The notes below the pieces were generated by a model, which searched no databases, was not told where the DNA came from, and worked only from the letters and a program-made list of their open reading frames with translations. From positions 74,438 to 138,437 of the forward strand of contig CAWDQF010000007.1 in NCBI GenBank assembly GCA_963804425.1: a DNA stretch of 64,000 nt, in the 5' to 3' direction. Both the position numbers and the translations under genes were made by a program. Below, piece by piece: positions 47,292 through 57,106 of this stretch (the first letter of the stretch is position 1; the number at the start of each line of letters is the position of its first letter). The stretch comes from an uncultured Verrucomicrobiae bacterium (lineage in GTDB: Bacteria; Verrucomicrobiota; Verrucomicrobiia; Chthoniobacterales; JAFAMB01).

Positions 47292-48488
47292 ATGCCACCT
47301 AAATTTGGGAATTACCTCTTCCGGAACCTGAAAGGTCAGAGCGATGCCGCGAAAACCGACTCACCGAGTCTAGAAGAAGCAGCCGAGTTGGCCGACCAGA
47401 CTATTGTATTGCGGCCGGCAGATTTTGTTGACAGTGACGCCGGCGCTCTCGCTTGGCCGAGCCTGAATCCTCCGGAAATTCGCGTTCAATTTCGAGATAC
47501 CCAAGGTCTCATGGAAGGGCGTGTGGTGATTGCCGCGGGCGTCCTCCGTCGCAATTATCCGAAGCTAGTTCCAGAGGAGATTAAGGATGAAGTGCTGTTT
47601 CCTGTCTCGCTCAAGACCGTTGTGCTTCAACTCCAGAATTGCTTACGCAGGGAAAACCCGGGAGCGTCAGCGGGGCGTCCGACTGATTTCGACACGCCGA
47701 TCGCGCAGGTTGCGCGTGAGGACGAAGGATTTCTTAAACTGGAGCGGGAGGCCCAGGATGATCTGTCTCGACCCGAGATACCGGATCAACCTCAGTTCTC
47801 GGAAGGAGTGAGTCCGTTCCCATTGATTCGGGAGAAACCTTTAGCAACGCCGCCGAACCCTCCGGCGATTCAGGTGACTTGGCCGCCTTCGCCGACAGCC
47901 GCTCCACCGCCAACCGAGACACGCCAGGATCCGTTCAAGGACTTACCCAAGGTAGGTCCGCATCGCGGTGATCGACACCCCGATTTAAGTTCGCGAGAGT
48001 TTGAGATTCGAACCGAGCGGAAATCTGCCGCAGCGGGTATTAGCGCCGAATTGGCACCGCAGCCTGCAGATAAACCGGTACGCCGTTTAGCACTAGAACG
48101 CCTGCAAGAGATTTTTCTCACCGACGATTTTCTTGATGCTCGTCACGTGGCGAAACTTCTGCGTGCTTTCCCCAAAGTAAAGGGAGCCTTGATCCTACTG
48201 GAGGATGGGACCGTAATGGGTGGGGACCTTCCCGAAGGCTTCCATCGGGATGCTGCGTTCGCTGCACCGGGATTGCTCCGGGCCAGCCGTGAATTTGTGG
48301 GCGCGCTAAACGGATCAAGTGTGGCTGCTGTTACATTACTGGCCGACGTTCCGATCAGCGTATTTCTGGAACGCAAGGTCTGCATCCTGATCGCACATGA
48401 AGGGCGAGGACTTTTGCCGGGCATGCGAGAACGAATCAGCGATATCGCGAAAGCTCTCGATGCGATGTACGAGCCGAGCGCGGAATGA
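47292..48488 (+). CDS. Hypothetical protein: N-terminal domain, Pro-rich linker, C-terminal Roadblock/LC7-like domain
   Basis: C-terminal LRAFPKVKGALILLEDGTVMGGDLPEG...AAVTLLADVPISVFLERKVCILIAHEG resembles the MglB/Roadblock pattern by eye. The middle is PPNPPAIQVTWPPSPTAAPPP. Confidence 0.6.
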   Translation: MPPKFGNYLFRNLKGQSDAAKTDSPSLEEAAELADQTIVLRPADFVDSDAGALAWPSLNPPEIRVQFRDTQGLMEGRVVIAAGVLRRNYPKLVPEEIKDEVLFPVSLKTVVLQLQNCLRRENPGASAGRPTDFDTPIAQVAREDEGFLKLEREAQDDLSRPEIPDQPQFSEGVSPFPLIREKPLATPPNPPAIQVTWPPSPTAAPPPTETRQDPFKDLPKVGPHRGDRHPDLSSREFEIRTERKSAAAGISAELAPQPADKPVRRLALERLQEIFLTDDFLDARHVAKLLRAFPKVKGALILLEDGTVMGGDLPEGFHRDAAFAAPGLLRASREFVGALNGSSVAAVTLLADVPISVFLERKVCILIAHEGRGLLPGMRERISDIAKALDAMYEPSAE

Positions 48489-48549
48489 AACACTACAGTT
48501 TTAACAATCACGACGCTGAACGTTCTACGTCGGAGACCACCAGATTAGC

Positions 48550-48750
48550 GTGGAAGGCGTGCTATTGGATGAGGCTCGAAACGAAGGGCTCTCGGGCGAA
48601 GAGAGCGAAACTGGGCAGGATAGCGGCAAGATTAAGAAAGCAATTTATCGTGATGGATTCTATCTCTACGTTCCGGTTGGCACCGAGTTCGGGCTGAAAC
48701 TTCTCGGCAATACTTCGGTGACAGATCTCGGCCCGCCTTTTGACGACTGA
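48550..48750 (+). CDS. Possible small acidic protein
   Basis: The GTG 48550 ORF has coding-like third-position bias (…KKAIYRDGFYLYVPVGTEFGLKLLGNTSVTDLGPPFDD). TTG 48565 is preceded by GGAAGG. It competes with the overlapping ORF 48485-48697. Confidence 0.3.
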   Translation: MEGVLLDEARNEGLSGEESETGQDSGKIKKAIYRDGFYLYVPVGTEFGLKLLGNTSVTDLGPPFDD

Positions 48751-48754
48751 TCGC

Positions 48755-49789
48755 CTAGCGTTTTCCTCGCGCAGGATTTTCCGACAGTTTCCGCTGGTGC
48801 AAAACCTTAAACGCAGTCCCGGCACCTGCCGGGTCCAGAACGAAACGTGTCGCCGGATTCTCCAGCGCGAGCGCCCGCGGATACCACTTTTGGACAAATT
48901 CGCGTTGGGTAGTGTAGGCCACTTCCCCCAAGCCCAGTGGTTCACTCCAACGGAGTAGATCTTCGAAATTCACGTCGGCGGTCAGATCCTGTTGTCCTGG
49001 TCTCCGGTAAATTTCCATTCCCTCCAGGCGTTGATGTTGAAAAAAGGCGCGGAGAGATCCACTCCGTTTTCCCCGGTAAATCTCGGTGGCAGAACCACCG
49101 TAGTCGATCGTGAGCAGGGCACCCGTCCGCAACCGAAAACAAACCTCCTTTAGCCAGGAATGGTAACTCTCGTGAACTTCGACGCATTGACCAACCGGGA
49201 ATGGCGGAGATAACGCACTGCTCTCAGGACAAAGCTGAGTCGGCACTGGGCGTTCGAGCCATCGACCATCCCGCAACTCAATCCAGATTTCATCCCAGCC
49301 TGAATCTGTTCGTATAAATCGGCGGCAAGGGAACGCATCGACTAACTCGTTCGAGAAAACGATCGCAACACCTTCCATGGCCTTCAGCGCGCCCCCTATC
49401 GAGTCGAATTGCTTGATCCGACGAAACGTTCTCGCGAGGTGGTCCGATGATGGTCGGTTCATATCGACGGTGTAGTAACGCAACTTCTCCCACGGCCGAA
49501 AGCGTCGGAGAATGGTGCGCGCGAGCTGTCCGGTTCCCGGGCCTAATTCCACAACCGTGAGATACCGTAGTTTCAAGGCGTTGGCTTCGGCGCGAATCCA
49601 GTGGCTAATCGCTCGTCCGAGCGAGTCGTCCAATGTCGCCGAGGTCGAGAAATCGCCCCGGCTGCCGATCGTTAGGATCTGGGTGGAGTAATAGCCATGG
49701 ACCGGATGGTAGAGTGCAAGTTCCATAAATCGGTCGAAGCGGATCTTGCCGCCTTCGCGTTGAACAATCTCGGCTAACCAGCTGGGCAT
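48755..49789 (-). CDS. SAM-dependent methyltransferase, MidA/NDUFAF7 (DUF185) family
   Basis: RFDRFMELALYHPVHGYY, GDFSTSATL and VVELGPGTGQLA. Start taken at ATG 49789 to avoid overlap with the M42 gene. Confidence 0.85.
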   Translation of the reverse strand: MPSWLAEIVQREGGKIRFDRFMELALYHPVHGYYSTQILTIGSRGDFSTSATLDDSLGRAISHWIRAEANALKLRYLTVVELGPGTGQLARTILRRFRPWEKLRYYTVDMNRPSSDHLARTFRRIKQFDSIGGALKAMEGVAIVFSNELVDAFPCRRFIRTDSGWDEIWIELRDGRWLERPVPTQLCPESSALSPPFPVGQCVEVHESYHSWLKEVCFRLRTGALLTIDYGGSATEIYRGKRSGSLRAFFQHQRLEGMEIYRRPGQQDLTADVNFEDLLRWSEPLGLGEVAYTTQREFVQKWYPRALALENPATRFVLDPAGAGTAFKVLHQRKLSENPARGKR

Positions 49790-49887
49790 GGAGGTGAGGA
49801 GTGCGGGAGCGGTATCATAGCCGCAAAGGACCCGTCCGCATCCGCCTCGGCGGAAGCGCTGCTGGACTCCTCCAAGACGCCACTCCC

Positions 49888-50964
49888 TCAGCCCAACTTC
49901 GGATGAAAATCTCCAATGTCCGTAAACCGCGTCACAAACTCCGTAAGCAGCTGAATACAACGCTCCACATCTTGCAGATCGATCGTCTCCACCGTCGAAT
50001 GCATGTACCGCATCGGAATAGAAATGAGAGCGCTGGGAATGCCGTGCTTCGATTGGAAAATCAGATCCGTGTCGGTGCCAGTCGTGCGAGAAGAGGCTTC
50101 ATGCTGAACGGGAATCTCCAATTCCTGGGCGATCTCCGTAAGACGCTCGACCACCAAAGGATGATTGGACGTGCCGTGGGTAAGGGAAGGGCCAGCTCCC
50201 AATTTCACCGAGCCATGCTTGTTGCGATCGATACCGGGCGAGTCGGTAGCGTGCGTTACATCGAGGATAATCGCCACATTTGGTTCGAGGCGAAAAGCCG
50301 CCATTCGAGCGCCAAATCCGCCGATCTCCTCCTGTACCGCGTTGAGTCCATACACGGTTGCACGGCACCTGGCCTCGAGTGCCGAAAGACTCGCGAAAAC
50401 CTGACTGATAACGAAGCCCCCGATGCGATTGTCGATCGCCCGTCCAACGATTTTTCCGGGCACCAATTCTTCCGCTGAATCCGTATACACTGCGGGATGA
50501 CCTGTCCGGATGCCGCGTTCTTCCACCTCTTTGCGGGAACGGGCTCCGATATCAACATAGAGTTGGTGCATCTCCGGAATTTTATCGTCGTCTTTGTCAC
50601 GAAGGTGGACAGCGGTATTACCGATCACACCAAGCACCGGCCCTTTGCTTCCCAGAATCTTGATGCGTTTGCTCCGGGCGATCGCTCGATCGCTCCCGCC
50701 AATGCGAGTGATATAAATAAATCCTTCGTCGGTAATATTATGGACCATGAACCCGATTTCGTCCGCATGCGCTTCGAGCATCACCGTAAGCGACTCCTCC
50801 TCGCCGTTCAGTGTCGCCCAGGCGTTCCCGTACGCGTCGTTGTCTACCGAATCGCTGAACCGGCTCAGATAGTTCAACCAGACTTTCTGGCCGTCAGCTT
50901 CAAACCCGGTCGGACTCGGCGTGTTGAGCAGATGAAAGAGGAATTGAATTGCTTCGCTGTTCAT
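49888..50964 (-). CDS. M42 family aminopeptidase (FrvX/glutamyl aminopeptidase-like)
   Basis: LLNTPSPTGFE, MLEAHADEIGFMV, and RAIDNRIGGFV. Confidence 0.88.
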   Translation of the reverse strand: MNSEAIQFLFHLLNTPSPTGFEADGQKVWLNYLSRFSDSVDNDAYGNAWATLNGEEESLTVMLEAHADEIGFMVHNITDEGFIYITRIGGSDRAIARSKRIKILGSKGPVLGVIGNTAVHLRDKDDDKIPEMHQLYVDIGARSRKEVEERGIRTGHPAVYTDSAEELVPGKIVGRAIDNRIGGFVISQVFASLSALEARCRATVYGLNAVQEEIGGFGARMAAFRLEPNVAIILDVTHATDSPGIDRNKHGSVKLGAGPSLTHGTSNHPLVVERLTEIAQELEIPVQHEASSRTTGTDTDLIFQSKHGIPSALISIPMRYMHSTVETIDLQDVERCIQLLTEFVTRFTDIGDFHPKLG

Positions 50965-51262
50965 GATCGATGGAGAGAGGCCACTCTACCCAGGAATCGC
51001 GCCGCGCAAAATAGAGTTGCGCGCTCGGTACTGGCCCGGCGAGTGCCCCTTTGAGTCAAATTAAGGATTGAAGATCCTAGGCTTGAGTGGGTAGATGAGT
51101 TTCATTTCCATTAAGAAATCCGGAAAGGATTACAAATTGACGGGTTTTGGTATCACCAATGTCCACGAACACGTTTGAGTCGATAAGGTGTGCGTTCCAA
51201 AATTATTGGAAGCAATGCGGAGGAATCATGTCGTAAATCGTCCTGCCGTAACGACAATCGCA

Positions 51263-52249
51263 TCACCGCCGTTTTCGCTCTAGAAAGAGTCGACCTTCTT
51301 TGCGGCGGCAGAAGTGGTCTTGCGGTAAATTTGTCTTTGCCGGTTTTTCCCGTTCAATTAATTCGCGCACGGCTTCAACTTCCTCAAATCCGATATCCGG
51401 AACTTCCAGTTGATTTAGCCAGCGGTGAATGACTCTTCGCTGCAGAGCCGCCGGCAGCGCGCGGATTTCGCGTACCGACATCGAATCTCGCTCCCAAATT
51501 TCCGGAGTGATTGCTTCCAGCAGTTTTTCTTCCTCTCGAGCGATTTGACTCAACCGAAGCAAATTGCGCTTCACTGGACGATCCAGGATGTTTTCGATTT
51601 CCGGAATCAAAAGGTTCCGGATGCGATTCCGGGTATACAGCGACTCGGAATTACTCGCATCTTCGCGGAAGCGCAGGCGATTTCGTCTGGCAAATTCCTG
51701 CAAATCCACTTTCCAAACTCCTAGCAGGGGCCGCATCACCGACAGCGGATGTTCGTCTACGGTCAGAGTGATCTCTGGCTCGATGACGGCATTTCCGAAC
51801 GAACCGGTGCCGCGCAGAATATTGAAGAGAAACGTCTCGACTTGATCGTCCGCATGGTGAGCCAGGAAAATGTGATTCGTGCCAGATTCTTTAGCAGCAT
51901 CGGAGAAAAAACGGTGTCTAGCCAGCCGGGCTGCCGTTTCGATCGACCTATTCTTTGGCCAAGCGTCGATCGCTCTGGAAAAACAGGGAAGCTGTAGCCG
52001 TTTGGCCAACCGTTCGACAAACTCTGCATCCTGGCGGCTGGCCGTTCCTCGAAGATTGTGATTGAGGTGACAAACCACCAGTCTGGAAAAGCCGAAACGC
52101 AACAAAAGATCGAGCAGCACCCGTGAGTCAAGTCCACCGGACACACCCACGAGATAAGCTTCATCGCTCGGATAAGCCACCAACGCTTTCCGGACGGAAC
52201 TCATCCAGGGAAATTGTCGGTGTTTGTCAGCAGTCGACATTGAACCCAA
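51263..52249 (-). CDS. tilS: tRNA(Ile)-lysidine synthase
   Basis: PP-loop VGVSGGLDSRVLL, AHHADDQVETFLFNILRG. The start may be an internal Met. Confidence 0.9.
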   Translation of the reverse strand: MGSMSTADKHRQFPWMSSVRKALVAYPSDEAYLVGVSGGLDSRVLLDLLLRFGFSRLVVCHLNHNLRGTASRQDAEFVERLAKRLQLPCFSRAIDAWPKNRSIETAARLARHRFFSDAAKESGTNHIFLAHHADDQVETFLFNILRGTGSFGNAVIEPEITLTVDEHPLSVMRPLLGVWKVDLQEFARRNRLRFREDASNSESLYTRNRIRNLLIPEIENILDRPVKRNLLRLSQIAREEEKLLEAITPEIWERDSMSVREIRALPAALQRRVIHRWLNQLEVPDIGFEEVEAVRELIEREKPAKTNLPQDHFCRRKEGRLFLERKRR

Positions 52250-52399
52250 ACCTCAGAAAGGAAAGGTCAGCAGATTCGCAGATTAACACAGATAGAGACA
52301 CCAAGAATCTGGAATTTAGGGGCTACAATAAAAAATCGCCGACAACGTCGAAACTTCGATACGCTACCAACCTGGGGCGACTTTCTGCCATCTGCAGTT

Positions 52400-55228
52400 T
52401 TACTCGCTGTCCACCGTATGAAAAACCGCAAACGGCAGCTCCCCTAAATTCTTCAGTAGAATTTGATCGGCGCCCTTGGCGAATATTCGTTTGCTGAACA
52501 GATCTTGCATGGCGGGCAACGATTCGTCGATCAGCAGTTGAGTGTCATCCCAATCCACAGATTCGCCCGGTTTGCTCAGCTTAGTGGTGAGACGCGGTAC
52601 GATCACCAATACCGATTTGTCTTCGATGCGCCGAAGAAAGGCTACGCAGCAATCTTTCTTGCTTCCGGTCGCATACAAGGAGGAATAGGTGCCGGATTGG
52701 AAAAGCCTTGGTTCTTGCCGGCGGAGTTGCAGTAGGCGATGAACGATCGCGAGTTTGATCAAGCCATCTTTCCATTCCTTAAACAAAGAGGAGATGTCAC
52801 TCGCTTCCACCCGGGCCAGGCACTTTTCTCGGGCGGCGTAGTCGACCGGGTCGCGGTTATCCGGATCCACCAGCCGTAAATCCCAAAGTTCCGAGCCCTG
52901 GAAGAAGTCGGGGACACCTGGACAAGTCAACTTGAGGATCGTTTGAGTCAGCGAATTCAACATTCCATGCCAAGCCACTTTCTCAGCGGCCGGAAGGAGC
53001 GAAGAAGGTAGTGGACTCTCCGGCTTCAACGTTTCTTCAACGAAGTGCTTGACGGCGTTCTCCCAGTCCTCGTTTGGCTGAATCCAACTACTGTTAACCT
53101 TTGCTTCTTTAATCGCTTTCACCATGTAACGCTGAATGCGCGCCACGTAGGTATCGCGTTCTTGGCCCTGGTCAACCGGCCACGTTCCCAGCAAGGTTTG
53201 GTAGTACAGATATTCTTCGTTGGCGCTGGGGGCTGTCTCGCCCTCCAGATCAGTGCGAGCGTGGGATGTTAGTTTCCGCCATCGTTTCAGCCAGGCTTCC
53301 CATTCCGCCGGAATCTCACTGAGCACAGCGATGCGGGCTCGCACGTCCTCGCTTCGCTTGGTGTCGTGGGTCGTTAAGGTAAGCAGAGTGTGAGGAGTCT
53401 CGATCATGCGAAGTCGATTACGTTCATGAAAATGCTCAATCGAAATGCCGAATTGTTTCGGGTTACCGCCGACTTCGTTCAGCGCCGTCAAGCGATTGAA
53501 GATATAAAATGCAGTATCTTCGAGCCCTTTTGCCATGATCGGACCGGTGCATTGCTGGAATTTGTAAACAAATTCTAACTGCAGCGGTCGAAAAGTCGGA
53601 TCAGCCCCCTCAAACGGCTCGAGCAGCAGGACGCTGCGAAGAAAATCAAATATGGAGGTGTCGATGGCCGCATTCCGCCGCTTGGCGGCTCGAACTGCTC
53701 GAAGAATAACCATTCGGTCGGTCTCCGAGACACCGTCGTTAATGTATGTCCGGTAGACAGGAAAACAGGCAATTAACTCGCGCACCACGCCGCTCAGCGA
53801 GTCGAGAGTAAAATCGCGGTGCATGCGGTCTCGCTCCGCTAGCCCGCTCAAGAGATGTCCGAGCGATTCCACGTCGCTAGACAGAGTGACGTCCATCACC
53901 AGTTTCTTCTTCTCGTACATCAGCGATTCGAAATGGACATACCGGTCTATGAAGTCCCGATAAATCCGGGAAAAGCGATCGGCATGGCTCGCGTCCACCA
54001 AGAGCTGAGTGGCGTCCGCGGCAAAATCGTAACCGGTAGTTCCGTGTACGGGCCAATCGGGGCGTAGTCTTTCTTCTTCGGAAAGGATTTTTTCTACGAT
54101 CAGATAGAAACGCTTACCCGGGTGTTCCGGATCACCATCGGTGTCCGATTCAGAAAGGGAACGCCGTTGTAACGCTTCCAGGTATTCTTTTGGATCATGC
54201 AACCCGTCGACATGATCGATGCGTACGCCGGTTACCGTTCCGTCGTTCATCATTTGGAACAGCCATTGATGGATGGTCTCAAAGACCTTTGGATTTTCGA
54301 CTTTGATTGCGGCTAGTTCGTTAATATCGAAAAAACGGCGATAATTGATTTCCTCAGCGGCCACGCGCCAATAGCTGAGGCGATAGGCTTGCGTACTCAA
54401 GAGATCGTGTAATCCGTCAAAGGATCTCGGATTGCCGACTCTGCCCTCGAGTTGATTGAGAGCACCTTCGATGGCGTCACCCACTTGGGGATACTCGGCG
54501 CAAAGCCGAGCGATCCGCCGCTTTACGACCTCCTTTTCTCGAGCTCGCTCACGTACCTTGTCCTCGCTCGTATCAGTTCGCTGTGGCAAATGCTCCAGCG
54601 AAGTCAAGATACTCTCCAACTCGAAATACATATCCTCGTCGCTGTAGCGGCCCAATTTGTCGAGCGCGATCCGGAGGATCCGCGAATAAGTGCGCGGGTT
54701 GATGGGGAAGACGAAGTCGTAATAAGTGACAAAGAATGCTCCATCTCGAAACCGTAGACCGAACTCGCCCCGTTCTAGAACTTTTCCGTATTGATCACCC
54801 AACACCGGGAGTAAAACCTTATTGCGCAAATTTTCTTTGATCGGATCCCAGTCGATGTCAAAGAAGGGAGCGAACGTTGAGCTTGGTCCGTTCTCGAGAA
54901 CATCCATCCACCATTCGTTGCTAGGATCCGCGATACCCATATGGTTGGGCACGAAATCGGCAATATGACCCATGCCGCGCTCTTTGAGCGTTGCATTAAA
55001 AGCCGCGAAGTCTTCGGTCGTCCCAATCGCCGGATTTAATTCATTGTGGTTGGTCACATCGTATCCGTGAGTGCTGCCGGGACGTGAGCGAAAGAAAGGC
55101 GAGCTGTAGACGTCACTGATGCCCAGCTTTTCCAGGTAAGGAATAATTTGACTCGCCTGGTTGAGCGTGAAGTTCCGATTGAGTTGCAATCGATAGGTTG
55201 CCGTTGGAATTAGTGGTTGAGCTGCCAT
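52400..55228 (-). CDS. treY: Maltooligosyl trehalose synthase
   Basis: ATYRLQLNRNFTLNQASQIIPYLEKLGISDVYSSPFF...GSTHGYDV, RIDHVDGL, and colinear TreY architecture. Confidence 0.92.
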   Translation of the reverse strand: MAAQPLIPTATYRLQLNRNFTLNQASQIIPYLEKLGISDVYSSPFFRSRPGSTHGYDVTNHNELNPAIGTTEDFAAFNATLKERGMGHIADFVPNHMGIADPSNEWWMDVLENGPSSTFAPFFDIDWDPIKENLRNKVLLPVLGDQYGKVLERGEFGLRFRDGAFFVTYYDFVFPINPRTYSRILRIALDKLGRYSDEDMYFELESILTSLEHLPQRTDTSEDKVRERAREKEVVKRRIARLCAEYPQVGDAIEGALNQLEGRVGNPRSFDGLHDLLSTQAYRLSYWRVAAEEINYRRFFDINELAAIKVENPKVFETIHQWLFQMMNDGTVTGVRIDHVDGLHDPKEYLEALQRRSLSESDTDGDPEHPGKRFYLIVEKILSEEERLRPDWPVHGTTGYDFAADATQLLVDASHADRFSRIYRDFIDRYVHFESLMYEKKKLVMDVTLSSDVESLGHLLSGLAERDRMHRDFTLDSLSGVVRELIACFPVYRTYINDGVSETDRMVILRAVRAAKRRNAAIDTSIFDFLRSVLLLEPFEGADPTFRPLQLEFVYKFQQCTGPIMAKGLEDTAFYIFNRLTALNEVGGNPKQFGISIEHFHERNRLRMIETPHTLLTLTTHDTKRSEDVRARIAVLSEIPAEWEAWLKRWRKLTSHARTDLEGETAPSANEEYLYYQTLLGTWPVDQGQERDTYVARIQRYMVKAIKEAKVNSSWIQPNEDWENAVKHFVEETLKPESPLPSSLLPAAEKVAWHGMLNSLTQTILKLTCPGVPDFFQGSELWDLRLVDPDNRDPVDYAAREKCLARVEASDISSLFKEWKDGLIKLAIVHRLLQLRRQEPRLFQSGTYSSLYATGSKKDCCVAFLRRIEDKSVLVIVPRLTTKLSKPGESVDWDDTQLLIDESLPAMQDLFSKRIFAKGADQILLKNLGELPFAVFHTVDSE

Positions 55229-55246
55229 TGCCGCTTTAGGCTGTTG

Positions 55247-57106
55247 TCAGATTGCGCCTTCCTCCAAGAAAACGATCGCCTCGGATTGATTGAGTGAGAA
55301 CTCTTTTTTCTTTGGGTCGTACAAACCGGGTTGTTCGCCGCCGTAGATCGGTTGGTTTGATGAAATCGCAAATTGCCAACCGAGGCGCTTACGGGGTCGC
55401 AACACTGGAGCCTCCGCGCCGATGATGGTTTGGGCTGAAACCAGTTGGATCAACGCCAGGACTCCGACTCTGGCAGAGTCAGAGTGGTAGCGCAGCGCTA
55501 ATGTGAACGGAGCGACTAGCTCAACTTGCCAAGTTCCTCGACGACGCTCCGTTAACTTTGTCCGACGAAATCGGAGGAGATCCTGGTAAAGACGAAAAAG
55601 CCTAACGTTTTCGGGATTGATCAGTTCGTTCCAAGCAAGTTTGGACTTCAGAAACGTTTCTTCCGCTTGGGGGTCGGGAATCTTCTGTCGACTTTCCTGA
55701 TCGCGAAACGCGGAGAATTGTTCGAACTCTTTTCGTCTTCCCTCCGTTACGTTGTGCCCGAGTTGTGCTTCATGATCGGTGAAATAACAAAACGGCGATG
55801 AACAGCCCCATTCCTGCCCCATAAAAAGCATCGGAGTGTATGGCGACAGCAGCAGTAGAGTAGATGCTGCGCGGTAAGCCTCCGGACTAATCATTTGGTG
55901 TAGCCGATCGCCAAACGCTCGGTTGCCCACCTGATCGTGGTTCGAGATGCAATGAACGAAACGCGGCGGCTCGATATTCGTCCCAGGCGTACCGCGAGGG
56001 ATTCCATCTTTTTGAATCTGGCCAGTAAAGAGCCAGCCTTCCCGCATTGTCTGGAGCAACTCTTCCGGCGTGCCTTTGAAGTAGCCGAGATAACCTTCCT
56101 GTTCATCAGTCATATGGACGCGAACCACATGATGAAAATCATCGGCCCAGACGGCGTCGCATCCGTACCCACCTTTCTCTCGCGGAGTCACGATTCGGCT
56201 ATCGTTGCGCGGATCCTCACAGATGACCAAGCCGCCGCGTTTCTGCGTTTCTTCGGCGATCTCCTGGATCAGATGTTTGGCGGAGTCATCCGGGATTGCC
56301 TGAGTGGCATCTAAGCGAAAGCCGTCAAAATGAAACTCCTCGAGCCAATAAATCGCGTTCTCAATAAAGAGCTGGCGAACGACGCCGGCGTCCGTCGCGT
56401 CAAAATTGAATGCCGCACCCCATGGCGTATGGTGACTGGCATTGAAATAGTTTAGTGAATAATCGCCGAGATAGTTTCCGTCTGGGCCTAGGTGGTTGTA
56501 GACAACGTCCAGGATGATGGCTAGGCCGGCTTGGTGCGCAGCGTTTATTAGATGACGGAGCTCGTCAGGGGTACCGTACGAGTGACATGGAGCGTAGAGA
56601 CTCACTCCATCGTAACCCCAGTTCCGAGTTCCGGGAAAGTCGGCGATCGGCATCAGTTCGACCACAGTAATCCCGAGCCGGCTGAGGTGTTCGAAATGAT
56701 CGATAATCGCGAGGTAGCTGCCCTGCGGCGTGAACGTGCCTACATGCAATTCGTAAATAACCAAATCGTTGATGCCGGGACGACGCCATCTGTCGTCCGC
56801 CCATCGAAAAGTCGATGGATCGACGACTTGGGAGGGACCATGTACGCCGAGGGGCTGAAAGCGAGACGCCGGATCGGGAAATAGACGTTCGTCGAGCCGA
56901 TATTGATACAGCATGCCGGCCGAGACTTCCGAGCTTTCCAGTTGATAATAACCTTCCGCGTCTTTGGTCATCGGGAGTTCTTTGGATAGAGCGCCGGCGG
57001 CGTCCATCAGAGCGACCGCGACCGTCGATTTATCGCTTGCCCAGGTCCGGAATGAAACGCCGCCCCCGACCAACTCTGCGCCTTGGGAATAGGTTCTATT
57101 CTTCAT
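55247..57106 (-). CDS. treZ: Maltooligosyl trehalose trehalohydrolase
   Basis: GVSFRTWA, YELHVGTFT, NWGYDG, GFRLDA, and WADDFHH. Confidence 0.92.
   Translation of the reverse strand: MKNRTYSQGAELVGGGVSFRTWASDKSTVAVALMDAAGALSKELPMTKDAEGYYQLESSEVSAGMLYQYRLDERLFPDPASRFQPLGVHGPSQVVDPSTFRWADDRWRRPGINDLVIYELHVGTFTPQGSYLAIIDHFEHLSRLGITVVELMPIADFPGTRNWGYDGVSLYAPCHSYGTPDELRHLINAAHQAGLAIILDVVYNHLGPDGNYLGDYSLNYFNASHHTPWGAAFNFDATDAGVVRQLFIENAIYWLEEFHFDGFRLDATQAIPDDSAKHLIQEIAEETQKRGGLVICEDPRNDSRIVTPREKGGYGCDAVWADDFHHVVRVHMTDEQEGYLGYFKGTPEELLQTMREGWLFTGQIQKDGIPRGTPGTNIEPPRFVHCISNHDQVGNRAFGDRLHQMISPEAYRAASTLLLLSPYTPMLFMGQEWGCSSPFCYFTDHEAQLGHNVTEGRRKEFEQFSAFRDQESRQKIPDPQAEETFLKSKLAWNELINPENVRLFRLYQDLLRFRRTKLTERRRGTWQVELVAPFTLALRYHSDSARVGVLALIQLVSAQTIIGAEAPVLRPRKRLGWQFAISSNQPIYGGEQPGLYDPKKKEFSLNQSEAIVFLEEGAI

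Noticed and set aside
48485-48697. 70-aa ORF starting with an ATGA overlap on the stop of the Roadblock-like gene.
   Set aside because: Its highly basic, low-complexity sequence looks non-coding. The competing frame (48550-48750) looks more protein-like, but neither is secure.
49790-49960. 57-aa N-terminal extension of the MidA-like ORF.
   Set aside because: It overlaps the 3' end of the M42 peptidase gene. The family's conserved N-terminus begins near Met at 49789.
50965-51262. 298-bp spacer between tilS and the M42 peptidase gene, checked for RNA genes.
   Set aside because: Only a 7-bp CGCGCAA/TTGCGCG hairpin near 51005. There are no tRNA-like T-loop or other known RNA signatures, so it is probably promoter/UTR.
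52330-52352. Candidate intrinsic terminator after treY (T-run on the minus strand).
   Set aside because: The best stems preceding the T-run are only 4 bp with tiny loops, which is too weak to call.
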